A stretch of DNA of 64,000 bases from Catajapyx aquilonaris (lineage: Eukaryota): positions 1-64,000 of the forward strand of contig KZ538018.1 of assembly GCA_000934665.2 (NCBI GenBank), given 5' to 3'. The translations under genes were made by a program, and so were the position numbers. How positions within the stretch are numbered: the stretch's first letter is position 1; every line of letters starts with the position of its first letter. The notes beneath the pieces are model-generated. The model was given only the letters and a program-made list of their open reading frames with translations, did not search any database and was not told where the DNA came from. Of the stretch, positions 34,820-49,000 are shown one piece after another.

Positions 34820-35003
34820 TACTGGATGGTGTGCACAGGGCTGTACGTCCCTTTTATGCGAATGTGCCGGGTACGTGCCGTGTGAAACGTTATGACGCCG
34901 TGCGCAGCTGTGACATCACTTACTAAGGGTTTGGCTTCATGCAATGTCCAATCGCATTGCAGCCGGGCGGTGTGTACACGACGTCACACGAGTGTCGGGT
35001 GCA
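34820..35003 (-). promoter_or_regulatory. Metallothionein promoter: TATA-like CATAAAAG and three metal-response-element cores
   Basis: Minus strand: TGCACAC 34829-34835, TGCGCACGGC 34897-34906, TGCACCCG 34996-35003 (consensus TGCRCNC), near-match TTCACACGGC 34877-34886; CATAAAAG 34851-34858; Inr-like CCAGT near 34821-34825. Confidence 0.78.
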
Positions 35004-37534
35004 GAGTGTTGACTGTACTCTGGAGCATTCCAGGAGCTTATCAAGGAGAAAGATATCACGGGTTGGAACCGCAAGATCACATGGCGTTATCCGGATTACT
35101 CGAAATAATCGTCTTTGTTTAGTTCTTGACCTTCATTCCACGAATTTTCTTGTTGAGGCGTACGTACGTGATGATTTGGTGACAATGGAGACAGGCGTCG
35201 CCGAAATGTACGAGTAATGCAATGTATAAAAAATTAAGGAATGTTTGTTTGGATCGACCTTGTACAGAGAGGACCAGATGAAATTTAAACAGTGTAGGTC
35301 ATGACATTGGATCAATCAGGCCATGTGGTATTATATGCGTGAGTCATTGGCTTAAGTCGGACGTCAGTTGCACTGAATTAATTAGCTCAAAATTTCAATG
35401 ACTCAATGATACAAGTTCACGTTAATAAATAATTGTTATTTTGTTGTTCTTCTGTCATAATAATGGCGTACGTGCTCATATAGTATTTTTTTCTGTACAG
35501 TGTACGCAATAAGTTGCAGCTGGCAAATATGGGAAACATTTGCGTAGCCTTGACTGCGACGTGGCTATGCGAACAGGAGCATACTTTTTCGCAGATAAGT
35601 TGGCGCATATTTATTTTTTTCATCGAATCTCCTTTTTTTGTCACCAAAGTATGGCATCTCAAGCATCCCTCGGTTCCTTGCACAGCCTCTTTCTTACTAA
35701 AGAAGTACGACAGAAAAAATTCTTGGAATAGCTAAGGGCCCACAAAACAGCGTAAATAATGCATTGTCTTCGAGAGTGTCATACCAAGTATCGGCCACTT
35801 TCCACGAAATGAATTTATCGCTTGCACTGGCATGTACTGGTTAATTGCACAATAAGACAGTATAAAATATTTAATAAGCTCAATGCTTTTCTCGATGAAT
35901 TAATTAGGAGAAAACTGACGTCCAAAATAATTAAAATATGATAATTTATTTCATATGACATTTGATAAGCATATAATTTATATAATGTTTGATGCACATC
36001 ATCATTATCTATTTGTAAACTTTACTGCAATTTAGCACAACACTTTATGTGTATATAGATAAATAATGATATGCACATGATCAATTATAATCCTCGCAGT
36101 GCCTCGCAGTCTAATAAAAGTTTCTTGTGACATTTCGTTGGCAAATTGTCAAGTTCATGTGACATTTAGACATGTGTTACTCATTGAAGATACTAATATG
36201 AATGTGAACTTAAGTCCCCAGATTATAATTATTCACTTTGCCCGCTGATAAGGAGGGTACTGATGTGTACAGTCTGAAGACTCACTGTTTGACATTGATT
36301 TGTGTGTATTATCCATACAGTTCCGTTTTCCTTTATCGGGTTTGAAATATCGCAAAATTCCGATGAATATCTAGTTGTACTTGAGCAAAATATGAGTTAA
36401 AGTAACATTTTCAACTGCTTGTCATCACGTTTGTTGGCCCCACGTATCCTCCGATTTTATTTTTTTTTGTTATTATTTTTGCCTGGTCACGTCCGCCGGA
36501 ACATTGCATTTGGAGGCATCGGGGCAGAAGAATGCATCCTTCCGACGGTTTCTTTTTCCCCAAAGGGACACCAGCAATTTCCCATTTTGACGTAGGAAAA
36601 GTTGCCGAAATCAGGCGGAGACACTCCCTGGCTTGTTTCCACAGAGAACAGAAAAGGGGAAAAATATGTTTGCGACATGTTGCGATTTGTACAATGCAGA
36701 CTTGCCAGGAGTCGGAATGCGCCTCTAGGCCACGCCCACCTTTTTCCCGCCAATTTTAAAATCGCGATAATTAATTTATGAATGCCATTTTGGTGCTGAA
36801 AAGTGATGGAATGAACTATTTGTGTATACATGTTTTTCAACATCCAATTGGCATTAATTTTCATGACTAAAATAAAAAAGTGCATCAAATTTTCCGAATT
36901 ATTCTGCCGGAAGTGTATATTGCAGTGTGACAAGTCGAATCTCTTGCAGTGTATAGCTCATAAGAAATGGACCCTTTTCTTCGGTGACAGTCTGAATATT
37001 GCGGGGGTTGGGACCTGAGAGAAATTTGGCGACATTTTCTCTCTCTATTCCTGGCAGTGCTCCCCACAGGTTGGATCTCTTTTCTCTCTCTCTGCTACTA
37101 CTGCATCTCTGGCAGAGAAATATGATTTTCAATTTCAACTACATCTGATAAGTGACCCTTCAGGCTGGGCTCGTGATTTACGCAGTCTGATAATTCCTCT
37201 CTCTTCCCAGCCGCTCTTTTTTTTTTTTGGGGGGGGGGGGGAGTGATCCGGAGTTTGTTGGAATTTCCCCTGCAATTGTGGGATAGCCTCCCCGAAAATC
37301 AGGGAGAAGGAAATGGAAGGTGCATAATTAGAGGTAGTAAATTTAGTCGGGGGCCATCTGCCACTGCGGTGATATGCAGATATTGAGGGCGAGTGAGGGA
37401 GAAAATGTGATTTTATTCGGAGTCTGCTGGAGGATTTAAAAAAAATAATAATAAAAAAGCATGATATGTTTCAGATAACTCTACATAATATTTTAGACTT
37501 TTTCTCGCCGACAAAAAGTGTTATAGAACGACCA

Positions 37535-37915
37535 TGTCCGTCTGTGGACAGGTATCAGGGCCTAAACCGCATGAGATAGCGATATACGGTTTTCGGATTC
37601 GGATTCAGCAGACCCTAAATAGGTTTCATGGCCAACTTCCGGTGACCCGCTACTTCCGGTTTTTCCGGGTTCACTATATCCTCCAAGGTCAAGTCTACAC
37701 CGTATGAAATAACTATTATTCTTGGCAACTGAAAATGAGACTAACAACATTCAATGTCATTGTTGTCCATCGTGTCGTATCGTATATATTCAGCAAAATT
37801 GTCAGCTTCATTTCCCACTGCCCAATGATGATAAAAAAGTATACTCGAATCACGCTCGTGTTATCTGCCAATCTTGTTATCACGTGGCAGTTTACTTGAC
37901 TCTTTTTCTCCGTAC
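37535..37915 (-). mobile_element. Dispersed repeat family B copy (reverse)
   Basis: GTCCGTCTGTGGACAGGTATCAGG...GGATTCGGATTCAGCA...AAATAGGTTTCATGGCCAACTTCCGGT...AAAAAAGTATACTCGAATCACG matches the reverse complement of 23335-23725. Confidence 0.7.
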
Positions 37916-39966
37916 TTGAAACACCGTCTATTGTTCCGAGGCTTTTGAAAGTTGAATGATCATTACATGTACAGTACATTATGTACTGTATACGTTCCGT
38001 ACTGTACATACAGGCAGACGTGTGCATACGCACATGTATACATAACTATATACATAATTATGCAATGAATACATGATAACACCCACATACAGCATAATAT
38101 TATGTGTGCATTATTATGCATGTACTGCATGTATTAATTATTGTTGTTGTATTATTAAAATTTCTTGTTACTAGCCGAACAAAGTACTATAAATAGTTCC
38201 GGCCAGTGGTGAGAACTTAGAGGTAGAGTCTTTTCAAGCTTTTCCTCTGCGGCAGTTCCTCGTCTCCTGCTTTCTTTAAATTCCATATGTACTGGTACAC
38301 CGATAATACTGTATAAATATCATATTTCTACACTTATCCATCATGTGCTGTCACATTCGTAAAGAGCTTGGGCGTTACTGTAGTTCCCCTGGGAGTATTC
38401 CTCAACGACACAGTGGAAATTACATGGGGGGGGGGACTTGCTGTTCGGAGCACGAGAGGCAACAATTTTTGTGAGAAAACTCTGTTAGTTATGCATTTTG
38501 TCAGGTTATCAAAGTTATGATTATGTTGATAAGACTAATACCCGGTCCGTGAGACGGTCATGCAAGAAGTCGCGGAAATTGTCCGAGAATTCTGTACATA
38601 AAGCGTGCTTATTTTGGAATTTATTTGACGTTGTACCGCCTCAAAAAAATGCAAATAGCGGAAACAGCAGGACAATAAAAAAAAGTGGCATGACTCGTAA
38701 TGACATGTAAGGGTGATGTAGAGTCAACATAAAGTTTTCATTCACGGTGTACACCGTATCAACACGTGCCGTGTACCTGTGCATTACCTTATAGTGGAAG
38801 GCTTCATTACTTGATGAGAAATTACCTTGGCTATCTATACAGCGATAACCGAGGGCGATAATAAGTTCGGAAAAAACGCAGGTTGTCATGCCTTTCATAA
38901 AATGCTTTGAATTTAAGACTAGAGAAATTTAATTTTAATTACAATAAAATTACAAATTAAATTGAAATTGCCAAATTAATTAAATCAAAATCGCAAATTA
39001 CAAAATGAAAGGAATAAAATCAACATTAAAATTAAATTAAATTTCATAAAATAAAATAAAATAACCCAATAAAATTAATTGTAATTAAATAGTCAACAAC
39101 AAATATTATATCACCACTTAAATCAAATAAAACAAACGTTAAAATTAAATTAAAATCGAATATAATTAATAAAAAATAAACTACCAAGAAATTAAACTAT
39201 TAAAATGAAATTAATTTACATTAAATTACATATATGAAGTGTGATAACTCTGCGTCTTGTCGAACCTCCCGGAGTGAAGTTTTGCTGTCAGTGAAGCACA
39301 GGGATATTAATTTGACCATAAAATTATCCTTCCGATTTCTTCTTTCTCCTGCAGGTCGATCATTGGCTGCCTCCGCAGCATCCTGGAGGATCCGGACCAT
39401 GCAGTGTCGCAATCTGTCGGCGACGACACGCATCCGACTGGCGGCACGCTGTCGGTGCGTCGCAGACGCCCAGACCTCCCCATATCATACGGAAAGCCCC
39501 CTCCATCCACCGTCGACCAACCAACCAACCAACCGACGAACCAACCCCCGACGTCGACGACGCAGACGCGCCACGACGTTAGAAGCCATGTGGCGGGAAC
39601 AGTGTCATGCACAGCCTGAGAGGGAAAGCCGGCAGGGCTAGAGGGACTGGGCTCAACCCCCCTCGTAATTTTTGGTGGTGGTCATCCTCGTGGTCCCAAG
39701 TGGCCTGCATCAATTATTATGGCGGGGGTATAGGGGGCGAGAGTGAGAAGGGTGAGTTAAACAAGAGGAGGCCAGGTGCGTATATGAGAGGCCACTATTG
39801 ATTGGGTGCGTCGTCGTACTTCCTGGAGGACAATGTGTTTGGCATGACCTCAGTGCAGAAGGGCTGATGACCGAGGAGGAAAGAGACAGTCTGCTGATGG
39901 TACGACACACCGTGTGAAAAGGTAGGGGCTTCATCGTTTGTTCATTTCTGGGACATTCAGACACAA

Positions 39967-40068
39967 TGGGTGGAATTTTCGTCCCACTGTTAGTTACTGC
40001 TAACTTAGCAGTATGACCAGACACTGTTAAGATAGCAGTAACTAGTAGTGGGACGAAAATTTCACCCA
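39967..40068. repeat. ~100-bp imperfect palindrome (MITE-like hairpin)
   Basis: TGGGTGGAATTTTCGTCCCACTGTTAGTTACTGCTAACTTAGCAGT is mirrored by ACTGTTAAGATAGCAGTAACTAGTAGTGGGACGAAAATTTCACCCA. Confidence 0.8.
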
Positions 40069-43000
40069 CTGTCTCTTTGATGGTCAAGAGTAGATAAGCT
40101 CACATTCTGTTGAAATGAAAGGAGCACTTGTAATAATCTCAAGAACAACATGAGCTCATGAACAGGTCAATAGGATCTACTCAAGTACCCACTATGCTGC
40201 TATCATTGAGCCTCCTTAATTATTATCACTGGTTATTGATTGCAGATAGAGGCAGTAAATAAGACAAGCTACTATACTAGTCCGTGTGCAGATCTCATGC
40301 TGGGGTTTCCCTTAAATGATTATGTACACCCAAAAGTAAGAGATCGGTCCAACACCCACCCAAGCAGGGTCAAGTGTCACGTTAAGCTGTAATTAGAGAA
40401 AAAAAGAAGAAGTTAAACTCTTTTTCGCGTTTTCAGTGTGCAGCCAAATTATAACACGTCATGTCATATTGTGGGTGTCACCAAGTCTGGTCGTTGACCT
40501 TCTGCAAAAATATTTCTACACATTTTTTTTTTGTGTCATCAGTATGAGGGTGCTTTACATATTACGCGTCAATGTGTTGTGGAATTACACTAATTACTGA
40601 TGAAAATATCGTTCATGTAAGACACTCTACAATCACGTTGGAGTGTCGAAAATACTGTCTGATATAACGAAATGACGCAGTAGGAAATCCAAACCCATTA
40701 TCGTCAGAGTGTAGTAATTTTTTTTTTGTTCTCTCCGCCATTGAGCAAAGGCTTGCGATATCGCCTTGTGCAAGCTTGTTTTCGCGTGAATTTACAACCA
40801 ATCAATATCCTCTAGAGTACTCTTCTTTTTTTTCCATTCACTGTCGTTTCTGCCTGCTGGCCCTAATCGATTGAGCGTGTGCAAAATGCCTTGCGAGGAA
40901 GTGCAAAAAGGAAGCCAAAAATACTATTGGAATCCCTCCCATCTTAGCTGGATTTCAGTTGTCATAATGAGTCTGGATTGGAGGATCAGGCTTAATCAAT
41001 TAGGATTAATCGTCGAGGCGCACTAACTCGTCTGGAAGGTCCCTGTCAGAACCTGTTGATTTTCAAAACAAAAAAAGCCGCGTCTTATAAATATATAGCC
41101 TCTTTTGATATATCTTTGCCCGTCTAACAAACCGTCGCACGCTGATTGGACTTGTTCCACTTCTGTGGACATTTTGCCGTTACGATTCTTGACAGAAATA
41201 CTTTGGATTTCTCCAGCCGAACTCTCAAGAGAACGACGCGAACCATTCCTGTCACGTCCCTCTCGAAATTGCCAACTCCAATGACAATCAGAGTGACCTC
41301 CCCAGCTTCTTTTTTTTTTTGGTCCGAAAAGTTCCGAGTATTTGTTCCTCTTTTTTTTGGTCCTGTCGTTCACTTTCGTGCCTCGAGTTTTTGATTGCGA
41401 CACCTTATTTTTGTGTTTCTTTGGAATATATACGCACCGAGTGTGTCAAATGATGGCACACCCTCCAACAAAACACTTTGAAATGTCTCACTTTCCCCAA
41501 TGGTCTGAGCCACTTGAAAAGGCCTTAGGAATTCAGAATGGATTCATTCTGGTAGTCTCCGGATGATTCAATTATTGTCGGCAACTGGCGCTAATTGGTG
41601 TCTTACAGTTATTAGGAGAAGGAAGACGAGCACTTGAATTTTGGGGGGTGGAGGAATTAGGGATAAGCACTATGCGAAGGAGAGGATGCGCGTTATTGGT
41701 GGTTGCGGACTGTGTTTATCACGTTTAGGGAGGTTGGAATCTGCCATGGAAATGGTTTCACTTGGAGTAGAAATGGGCCCACTTTTTAAAATATAAATGT
41801 CTCAGGCAAACTAAAGCGGAAGGAAAGTTTTAGTCCTAAAAACTAATGGTGCCAGTTGGAAGCAGAGGATTAGTGCAACTTGCCTGAACACAAAAAGGGG
41901 TAAAAATTCAGGCCAAAATTTTGTGCATATTGTTCTGGAATTTGTCTGGACAATAATGGCGAGATAAATTTTAGGACAAATCAAGCCAAATTGAAATTGA
42001 TAGGATGCTTAAGTTTACCGACAGAAATTAAAACAGACTGATGAATGAAAATAAGCTGGCAACAAATTAGGAAACATTTTCCTCTCGAGATCATTGCGAG
42101 GGGCCTGCAGATTACAACTTGGGCCAAATGTGTCCGGTGGTCCACTAAATTATGAAACTGTGTAGTATTAGAATTGCCTACCGGGACATTATTTGTCAAT
42201 TCACTGGCGAAAATGTCATTTCCACCCCCCTTTCCTCTCCTAACGAGAAAGTGTCTCTCCGAGTAATTATTTTAATGCATTTAGCAAGGAAAGTTTAGAC
42301 GAGTCAATAACCATTTGCCACGTGCTTCACTTCGCCGAATCTGTTTTCTGCGAACGAGATTTTTTTTTAAAGTGGGGGGAGAATGGGAGAACTCTCTAGA
42401 ACTGAAAAGGGGGAAGGGAAAACTGGAGAGAAAACAGACGAAACCATTGTAATTATTGCTGCCTTAATGAGAAGAGTCATCTGCAATAGTCCTGCTGGTG
42501 TTCATATCCAATTTTCTCTTTGTCTGTACTTCCTTGTTGACAGATTTTATTCTACAAACAATTGGGCACCATTAGTGGTAATTTGCATGGAATTTACAGC
42601 TATAATATTTGCATAAATCTTCCCAGCACTTTTGACCCTTCCTAAACACGTTTAATTTGCACAAATATTGACTCACCTGGTTGGTATCAGGCTCTAACTG
42701 ATAAGTCGCAAGAAAGTAGATGCATGTCAAGAATGATGAATAGCCACACTTTTATCGCTGTGCAGCTACACCTTCGAGCGAATGAAAAGGATTAACGCCT
42801 GAGCAAAAAGAAGAGAGGCTTAAATGTTTTCCCTACCTGAATGGTATCGAGTAAAAGAGCCAGAGAGAGAGACATGTTAAATGATACAAATGGGGGGGGG
42901 GCTTCAGACTGCGTGACGGACATCGTCGTGCGATTCGAGAAGGTTCGCGTGACAATTCGCTTATTTATTATTTAAGCAAGAGACCTTCAGTCCCTGTCAG

Positions 43001-46000
43001 TCCGAAACTAACTTCTCCCACTTGGTCGCCTGTTTAATTAAGGCCTGATTTATGAGGCGGAGTGTGTCGATCCGCAAACATATTTTAGGCGTACCATTGT
43101 GGGGGTCTCCAAGGGTTTTCCGTTTATAAATGCAAACTTGCTGCTGCTGGTTGAAGGCAAAAGAGTTCAAGGGGGCGTGTGAGATGTTGGAAATACTAAG
43201 ATTGATGCGAAAGTAAACACTTCGTTTATTTAATGTATAGGCTGTGGGTTGACTTTCGAAAGTATGATTTGGTGCAGTGCTCCAAATATTTATTATTGGA
43301 AAGTAATTTGCAATATTGTACTGAATTTTGATGGTACGATATTAGTGAGAATTTGACACGTACTGCACGTGCTTAGAAGGACTGGTTACTTTCTTGTCAT
43401 GTAGACTTTGACCGATTTGCACACACAGAGTATGAAAAATGTCTCTCACGTGCCTAGGGGTTGGACCAGTGTTGAAAGAGGGCGGTTCTTTCCCACCGAC
43501 CGAAATCGAAGTGGTGGGGTAGGGGTAATCCGAGGGACGAAAGGCTTGGGACACACACGCACTGCTTGTTGTCAGCAACTATTATGTACCCCGACCATAC
43601 CTTCCCCAACCACCACTCAAATCATATGAAGTCACCTCGGAAAAGGGATGGCTTGTTCGCAAACAAAATTATAGGGTATATAGGACTGCTATAGGAACAT
43701 CTTATTTTGTGTTTGCAGTTATACAAAAGGGGGAAACAAAACTGACCAGTGTTATGGTTATGACGGAGGAAATGGAAGTCGTTTATCCTTGATGCTAAAA
43801 TAATGGTGTTCAAACACAAATATCATGGCAGCAGGTAATGCTCGAACTTGCATTAATTTTGTAATGTACGATTATGTTGTACTATACAGATTTAAGCTGT
43901 GGGCTAATTTGGTGTAATAATGGACTGTCCCTGAGAATTATTCTCATGCAGTTGCAATTAAAAATTAAGCTTACGTAAAATATATTAAATTACAAACGTC
44001 CCGGCCGGAGAGGACATGCCAGCATATTTGATAATACGTTTTGTTTGCAAACCATTATCTCTGTTATGAGATGAGAAGATCGTATGTTTGCAGGACAAAA
44101 ACATGTTTGTTTCTGTTTCCCTTGTCATAATACTGGACATTAATTTTTCATGACGTAAAAGGATTGCACGATGACCATGATGAAACAATATTGTGTCCAA
44201 CATTATTTATTTTAAATACTTTCATCACTTTTTTATTATGTAGAAATTGATTGTTGTCTTGTTCAATGCAGGATCTGAACTCTCGTGACGCTCCTCATCC
44301 ATAAATTCCAAAAAAGACAGCTTGACATGCTTCGAATTGCCTATTCTGCTACAAAGCGAACGAATCAATGTTCGATCTATCCCATCATCTCCTATTACAA
44401 CGAGAGCATTGTACGATAAATTACATTTATAGCAATTTATAGTGTAATGTGATGCATTAGCAATACAGCCGCACGCCAAACGTATGTTTAGAAGGATATT
44501 ATAGCCTGTCATCTATTTCCATCCGTTTGAAACAATGGGAAGTTTTATTGGTGTAATTCCATACCACTGTATCATAATACGATTCCCAGTAATTCAAAAG
44601 ACAAGCCACCAATTGCCTTAATGAACTTCCCTCGAACCGATGTCGTTCCAAGTGTTTTCCCCCTACCAAAAAATGACAGCTGTTTAGAGTCAGGGAATCG
44701 TGATAATATAGGTCCACCAATTTAATGCCCTGCACGGAAAAAAAGGAAAATACTGTTATAATTGAAACGTGACTTTGCAGCTGATTATTTTGTCGTTTGA
44801 GCAGCTGCACCTTTTTCTGCCGGTTATTAATGTAATGGAAGGCTCACATGGAGATTGATCACGTACACCCAATTGTGTCCACCGCAACACGAGATCATTT
44901 ATATCTCCCAAGTTTCAGACTTTCAGAGTGAAAACTTTGTGTCAGATAAGGACGTGCCAAAAACATGTAATTATCCAGCTCAAAATGCATCCGGGCATCA
45001 ATCAAATTTTTTTGAAACTCCTTGAAAAAACCCTATACATTTTTTGGGGCTTGGTTCTGGCATGGGTTTTTCACACAGGTATTGATCCCAGCGAGCGTCC
45101 TGCTTCATGACTGTCATAAAAGTTGTGCTGGGGAAGCCCCTCGGTTAGTGCTGCTACAGGACTCCCGGAAATACACAATCTCGTATTTGTGAGCCACCCC
45201 CTTAATGTCCCAAGACCCTTTCGTGCAAGCTAAACACGACCATTATCTAACAGCACACGATATACATTTTAATATTCCGATTATGGATCGCCTGTATAAT
45301 AAAAAAATTTATATAAGGTGGTACAGGGTGCTGGGGACATCCCCCCTCATATTTTTGTTCTGTTGATTTCTGGTACTGCCCCGCTCCTTTATTAGCATCA
45401 TTTTTATGTCGATTGCATGATCCGACTTGATATATTGCTGTGCGATGTAACTGTCATTCTGGTCGATTGGCAGTTAATGAAACTTGGGTTTGCTACAACG
45501 TTGCACCTCATGAACGTTCGAATAAAACTCAAAAGAAACTTGGCGGAATTAATCTCTTGGGATCGGTGATGGCATGGAAGCCGACAGAATTACAGTTAAC
45601 ATCGGAGCCATTTGGCGCAAGTCCGAAAAGCCCAACCCGCCCCCCGAAAAACTGATTTCAGCGAGCTTTTGTTTCCATGTCATTCCGGATGCGAGGCCCG
45701 CGGACATTTGGAGGCAAACAGACTGACAAGTCGTGCTCGAATGGGGCAAAATTGTGTGTCCAATATTCTCGCTTTGCTGATGCTGGACAACTCTAGAGTG
45801 GAAACTGAATTAACTGCATAATTATTTAAGCCTACTGTATTTACAGTGTCGTTCAAAATATGTCTATGTATAGAGCACACTGGATAAAATTCATCAACCT
45901 AACAGTGATTTATTCCCAAATAATTGTTCGGGATAATTGTACAGGCGCTTAGGTATACAAAATTGCAACAATATAGCCCTGCTCACCATTATTTCCCCCC

Positions 46001-49000
46001 TTCCTGTTTCCTCCCCCCGAGCCCCTAAATATCATAATCTGCTTAGATATTGGGAAACGAAACAATGCATTTGTTCCTTCATAATCCCCCAGGGAGCAAG
46101 GCCGAGCTATTAGTGCGCTTGTTTTGCTTTCTCCCCAAGAACATATATATAGGAAAGAAGACCTTCAAGTTTATATAGAAAGGAAATTTTGTCAAAGCGA
46201 GAGGAGGGACCCCCCGAAACTTCATTGAAAGCAATTTAAAGGATGGGACCTGCTCTCACGCGTGTAAGGAAGCCGTTCAAGTTATCGGAAACCTGTCCAC
46301 TTTCCCCTGCTGATATATAACCTCGATTGCACTAAAATTTTCGACTTCACTTCTCTTTATGCCCAATTTTTGTCAAAGAATAGAAAAATAATTACCGGCC
46401 GATCAATATTGGGTCTTTTACTACACACCCATTTTTCATATTCAGGAGAGAAAGCAAATTCTACGGGATATTTGTTAATAATCATTTGCAAATATAGAAT
46501 TGTCTAGGCGTGACTTTGTCCCTACACTCATCACCAACGTGCATGTAGTATTATTCCCCCTGAGAGTGGCAGTATAATGCGCGCCATCAGTTTGTGGCGT
46601 GTCGTACTACTTCAAAGTGGTGAGTGTTGCCAAATTTCATTTTTAAAGCATATGTACATTTTTGCAACTAATTTAACGCATTCTGTGCGTTGTATACAGC
46701 AGCGTGACTGCCACTCTTTAGTTTCAAAACATTAGCCTTAGGAACCGTTTTCATTTTGAGTGGGGGTGCTGCCGAGGCTCAAGTCACGCATACATCGTGG
46801 CTTCCATTTCCGAGCTGTCGAGGCGGAATCATTGAGAGGAGAAAAGGCCTCCGGTGCGTAAAAGGTTTACGATTGCGGAACGCATTCTCGAGAGGATAAT
46901 CCATATCCAAAACCGTATGGACGGGAAGGGGGGAGAGAGAGAGAGAGAGAGAGGAATAGAGGGAAAATTCTCTTGGTTTTCCGGATAGAATTACATGCCA
47001 CTCTGTGTTTGCACGCTGAGAGCAAATAGAGTATCCAAAAAAAATGTGTGCAGCCAAGTCAGGACGATTTTTTTGTGTGCAAATTTTAGCTGTAGTTTCT
47101 GCAGCATCTTTGTTCCTGTCCTTTCTCCATTTCTGTCGTCCTTATCATTCATTTGACACCCCGAAATTAATGTAGGCTTATGCACAGTCCCATGTCGGTA
47201 ATTAATCCTCGACTGTTTCGCGACTTTGGAAGCGCCTGAATGGTTTTGAATATCACGTCTCGCCCCTTTCATTTCTACATTTAAAAAAATCCTATTTCAG
47301 TTCTTTCCATTTTGACACAAGTACTTGTCGACAGAATTTTCACCAGAAAAAAAAGTTCACATCCTTCACTGTCGGGCTCGAAATATTTACTGATTTTCCT
47401 GGCTTTAAAATCGATTTCAGTGGTTGTTAAACTGTGGCGATAATAATTATTACACAACTGTTTCAGGCTATCTTGCACTTTAGCCACTAATTGCACGATT
47501 AGTAATCTATAGCAGCAGGGCGATACTGGTCGATGAGCAGTAAGTGCACTGATGTAATAAAAACACTGTCTTATATTCTAGCCAATCCCTTGGTTGGCAG
47601 CAGATTCTAAAACCAGGAAAAGAGCTGGGGGGGTTCTACAACCTCCTGCTGCTTTTATGGTGGGTAATGCAGCAGTTTGGGGAGAAAGACAAAAGTTCAA
47701 ACTCGCGGGAACCCCCAAACTGCCTGCCAGATCTCACCCCCTGAAATGGATTAATTGGAATGGGCTCTCTCACTATTGGATGGTTCCTGCGGGAGATCAG
47801 AAGATGAGCAAAAGCTGTGCCCGGGTACCAACTAAGAGCCTTAGGAAAGTGCAAGGGCCCGTCGTTTCAACAGTTTGTGCTGCCGGAGAGCAATAATAGC
47901 ATTGTTGTGGAAAATGTGGCTGATTTATAGACCAGTTGTGCCTGGTCATTATAGAACTATCATTGCAGACATTTGCTGGAAACTATTTCAACTTGTGGGC
48001 AAGTTTGCGCCCCCCCCCCCCAAAATTTAATTCTACTACCTTTCCTCATTAACTAACTTGTGCATAAATGGGAACTTTGGGATTCAAAAGGTGTTGCTCT
48101 TTCTCTCCCCCCCTTAAAAACATTTTGGCCCAGAGTCAATCAACGGGCCTTCACCATGGTTACAACAGACTCATTTGGTTTCAAGTTGGGGGTCCGGTCC
48201 TGCAATGAGTGTGCGTTGAGCCTTGTGCAATTTTAACTATTTCGGGGGGGGGGGGGGGCTCTTTCCTTCCTTTTACCACTCTCTACCCTTTCCCTCCCTT
48301 CATTATCATTTAATGACGGCTAAGTGGCACTTCATGTAGTCTACACCCACCCGTTCGTCCAAACCCTCCAGCAGTTCAGAATGTTTTTCAATACTTTGTT
48401 GGAAGAACCGCAAGTTTAGAGTTAGCGGTTTTTTGGGGGCGAGAAACTGAATAATTTTTCCGTGAACTTTGGTTGAAATGTTCATAAGTTGTGTTTAAGT
48501 GCCATTTAAAAAAAGTATAGTAATCAACAATGGCGACATCATATGCAACTAAAGACATTATGCTATAATAAACTAATAAATAAATACATACATATTATAG
48601 CAGAACTCTCTTTGTATGCAACTTACAAATCAACAAATTAATAGAGTAAAATAATCTATTAAAATAAACCTATAATGACGATGAGTTAAGCATATGCTGG
48701 ACTAACCACTACAAATGTCAGCACGAACATTTTTCATTCGTATAAAACGAGTCCTCTTAAGCTATATTCAGGCCTCTCAAATACTTCTCGCCTGTTAAAT
48801 ACCATTCATCCAACAGGTTACGAAGCATGTATACACAAGCAAAAGAAAGAGTGGAAAAAAAACCCTTACATATTTAGAGGTTATAAACGGTCACGTCAAC
48901 AGTTACTTCAGACTCACAGTTTAAGAAACGTGGCTTCAGTGATTTATGTTCTGTGGCAAGAAAGACATGCCATTTTTCTCCCTTTTGTTCGCGGATGACT

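Noticed and set aside
43141..43165. GCTGGTTGAAGG, a partial reverse-complement match to miR-133
   Set aside because: The match does not extend over the seed and no precursor hairpin is evident.
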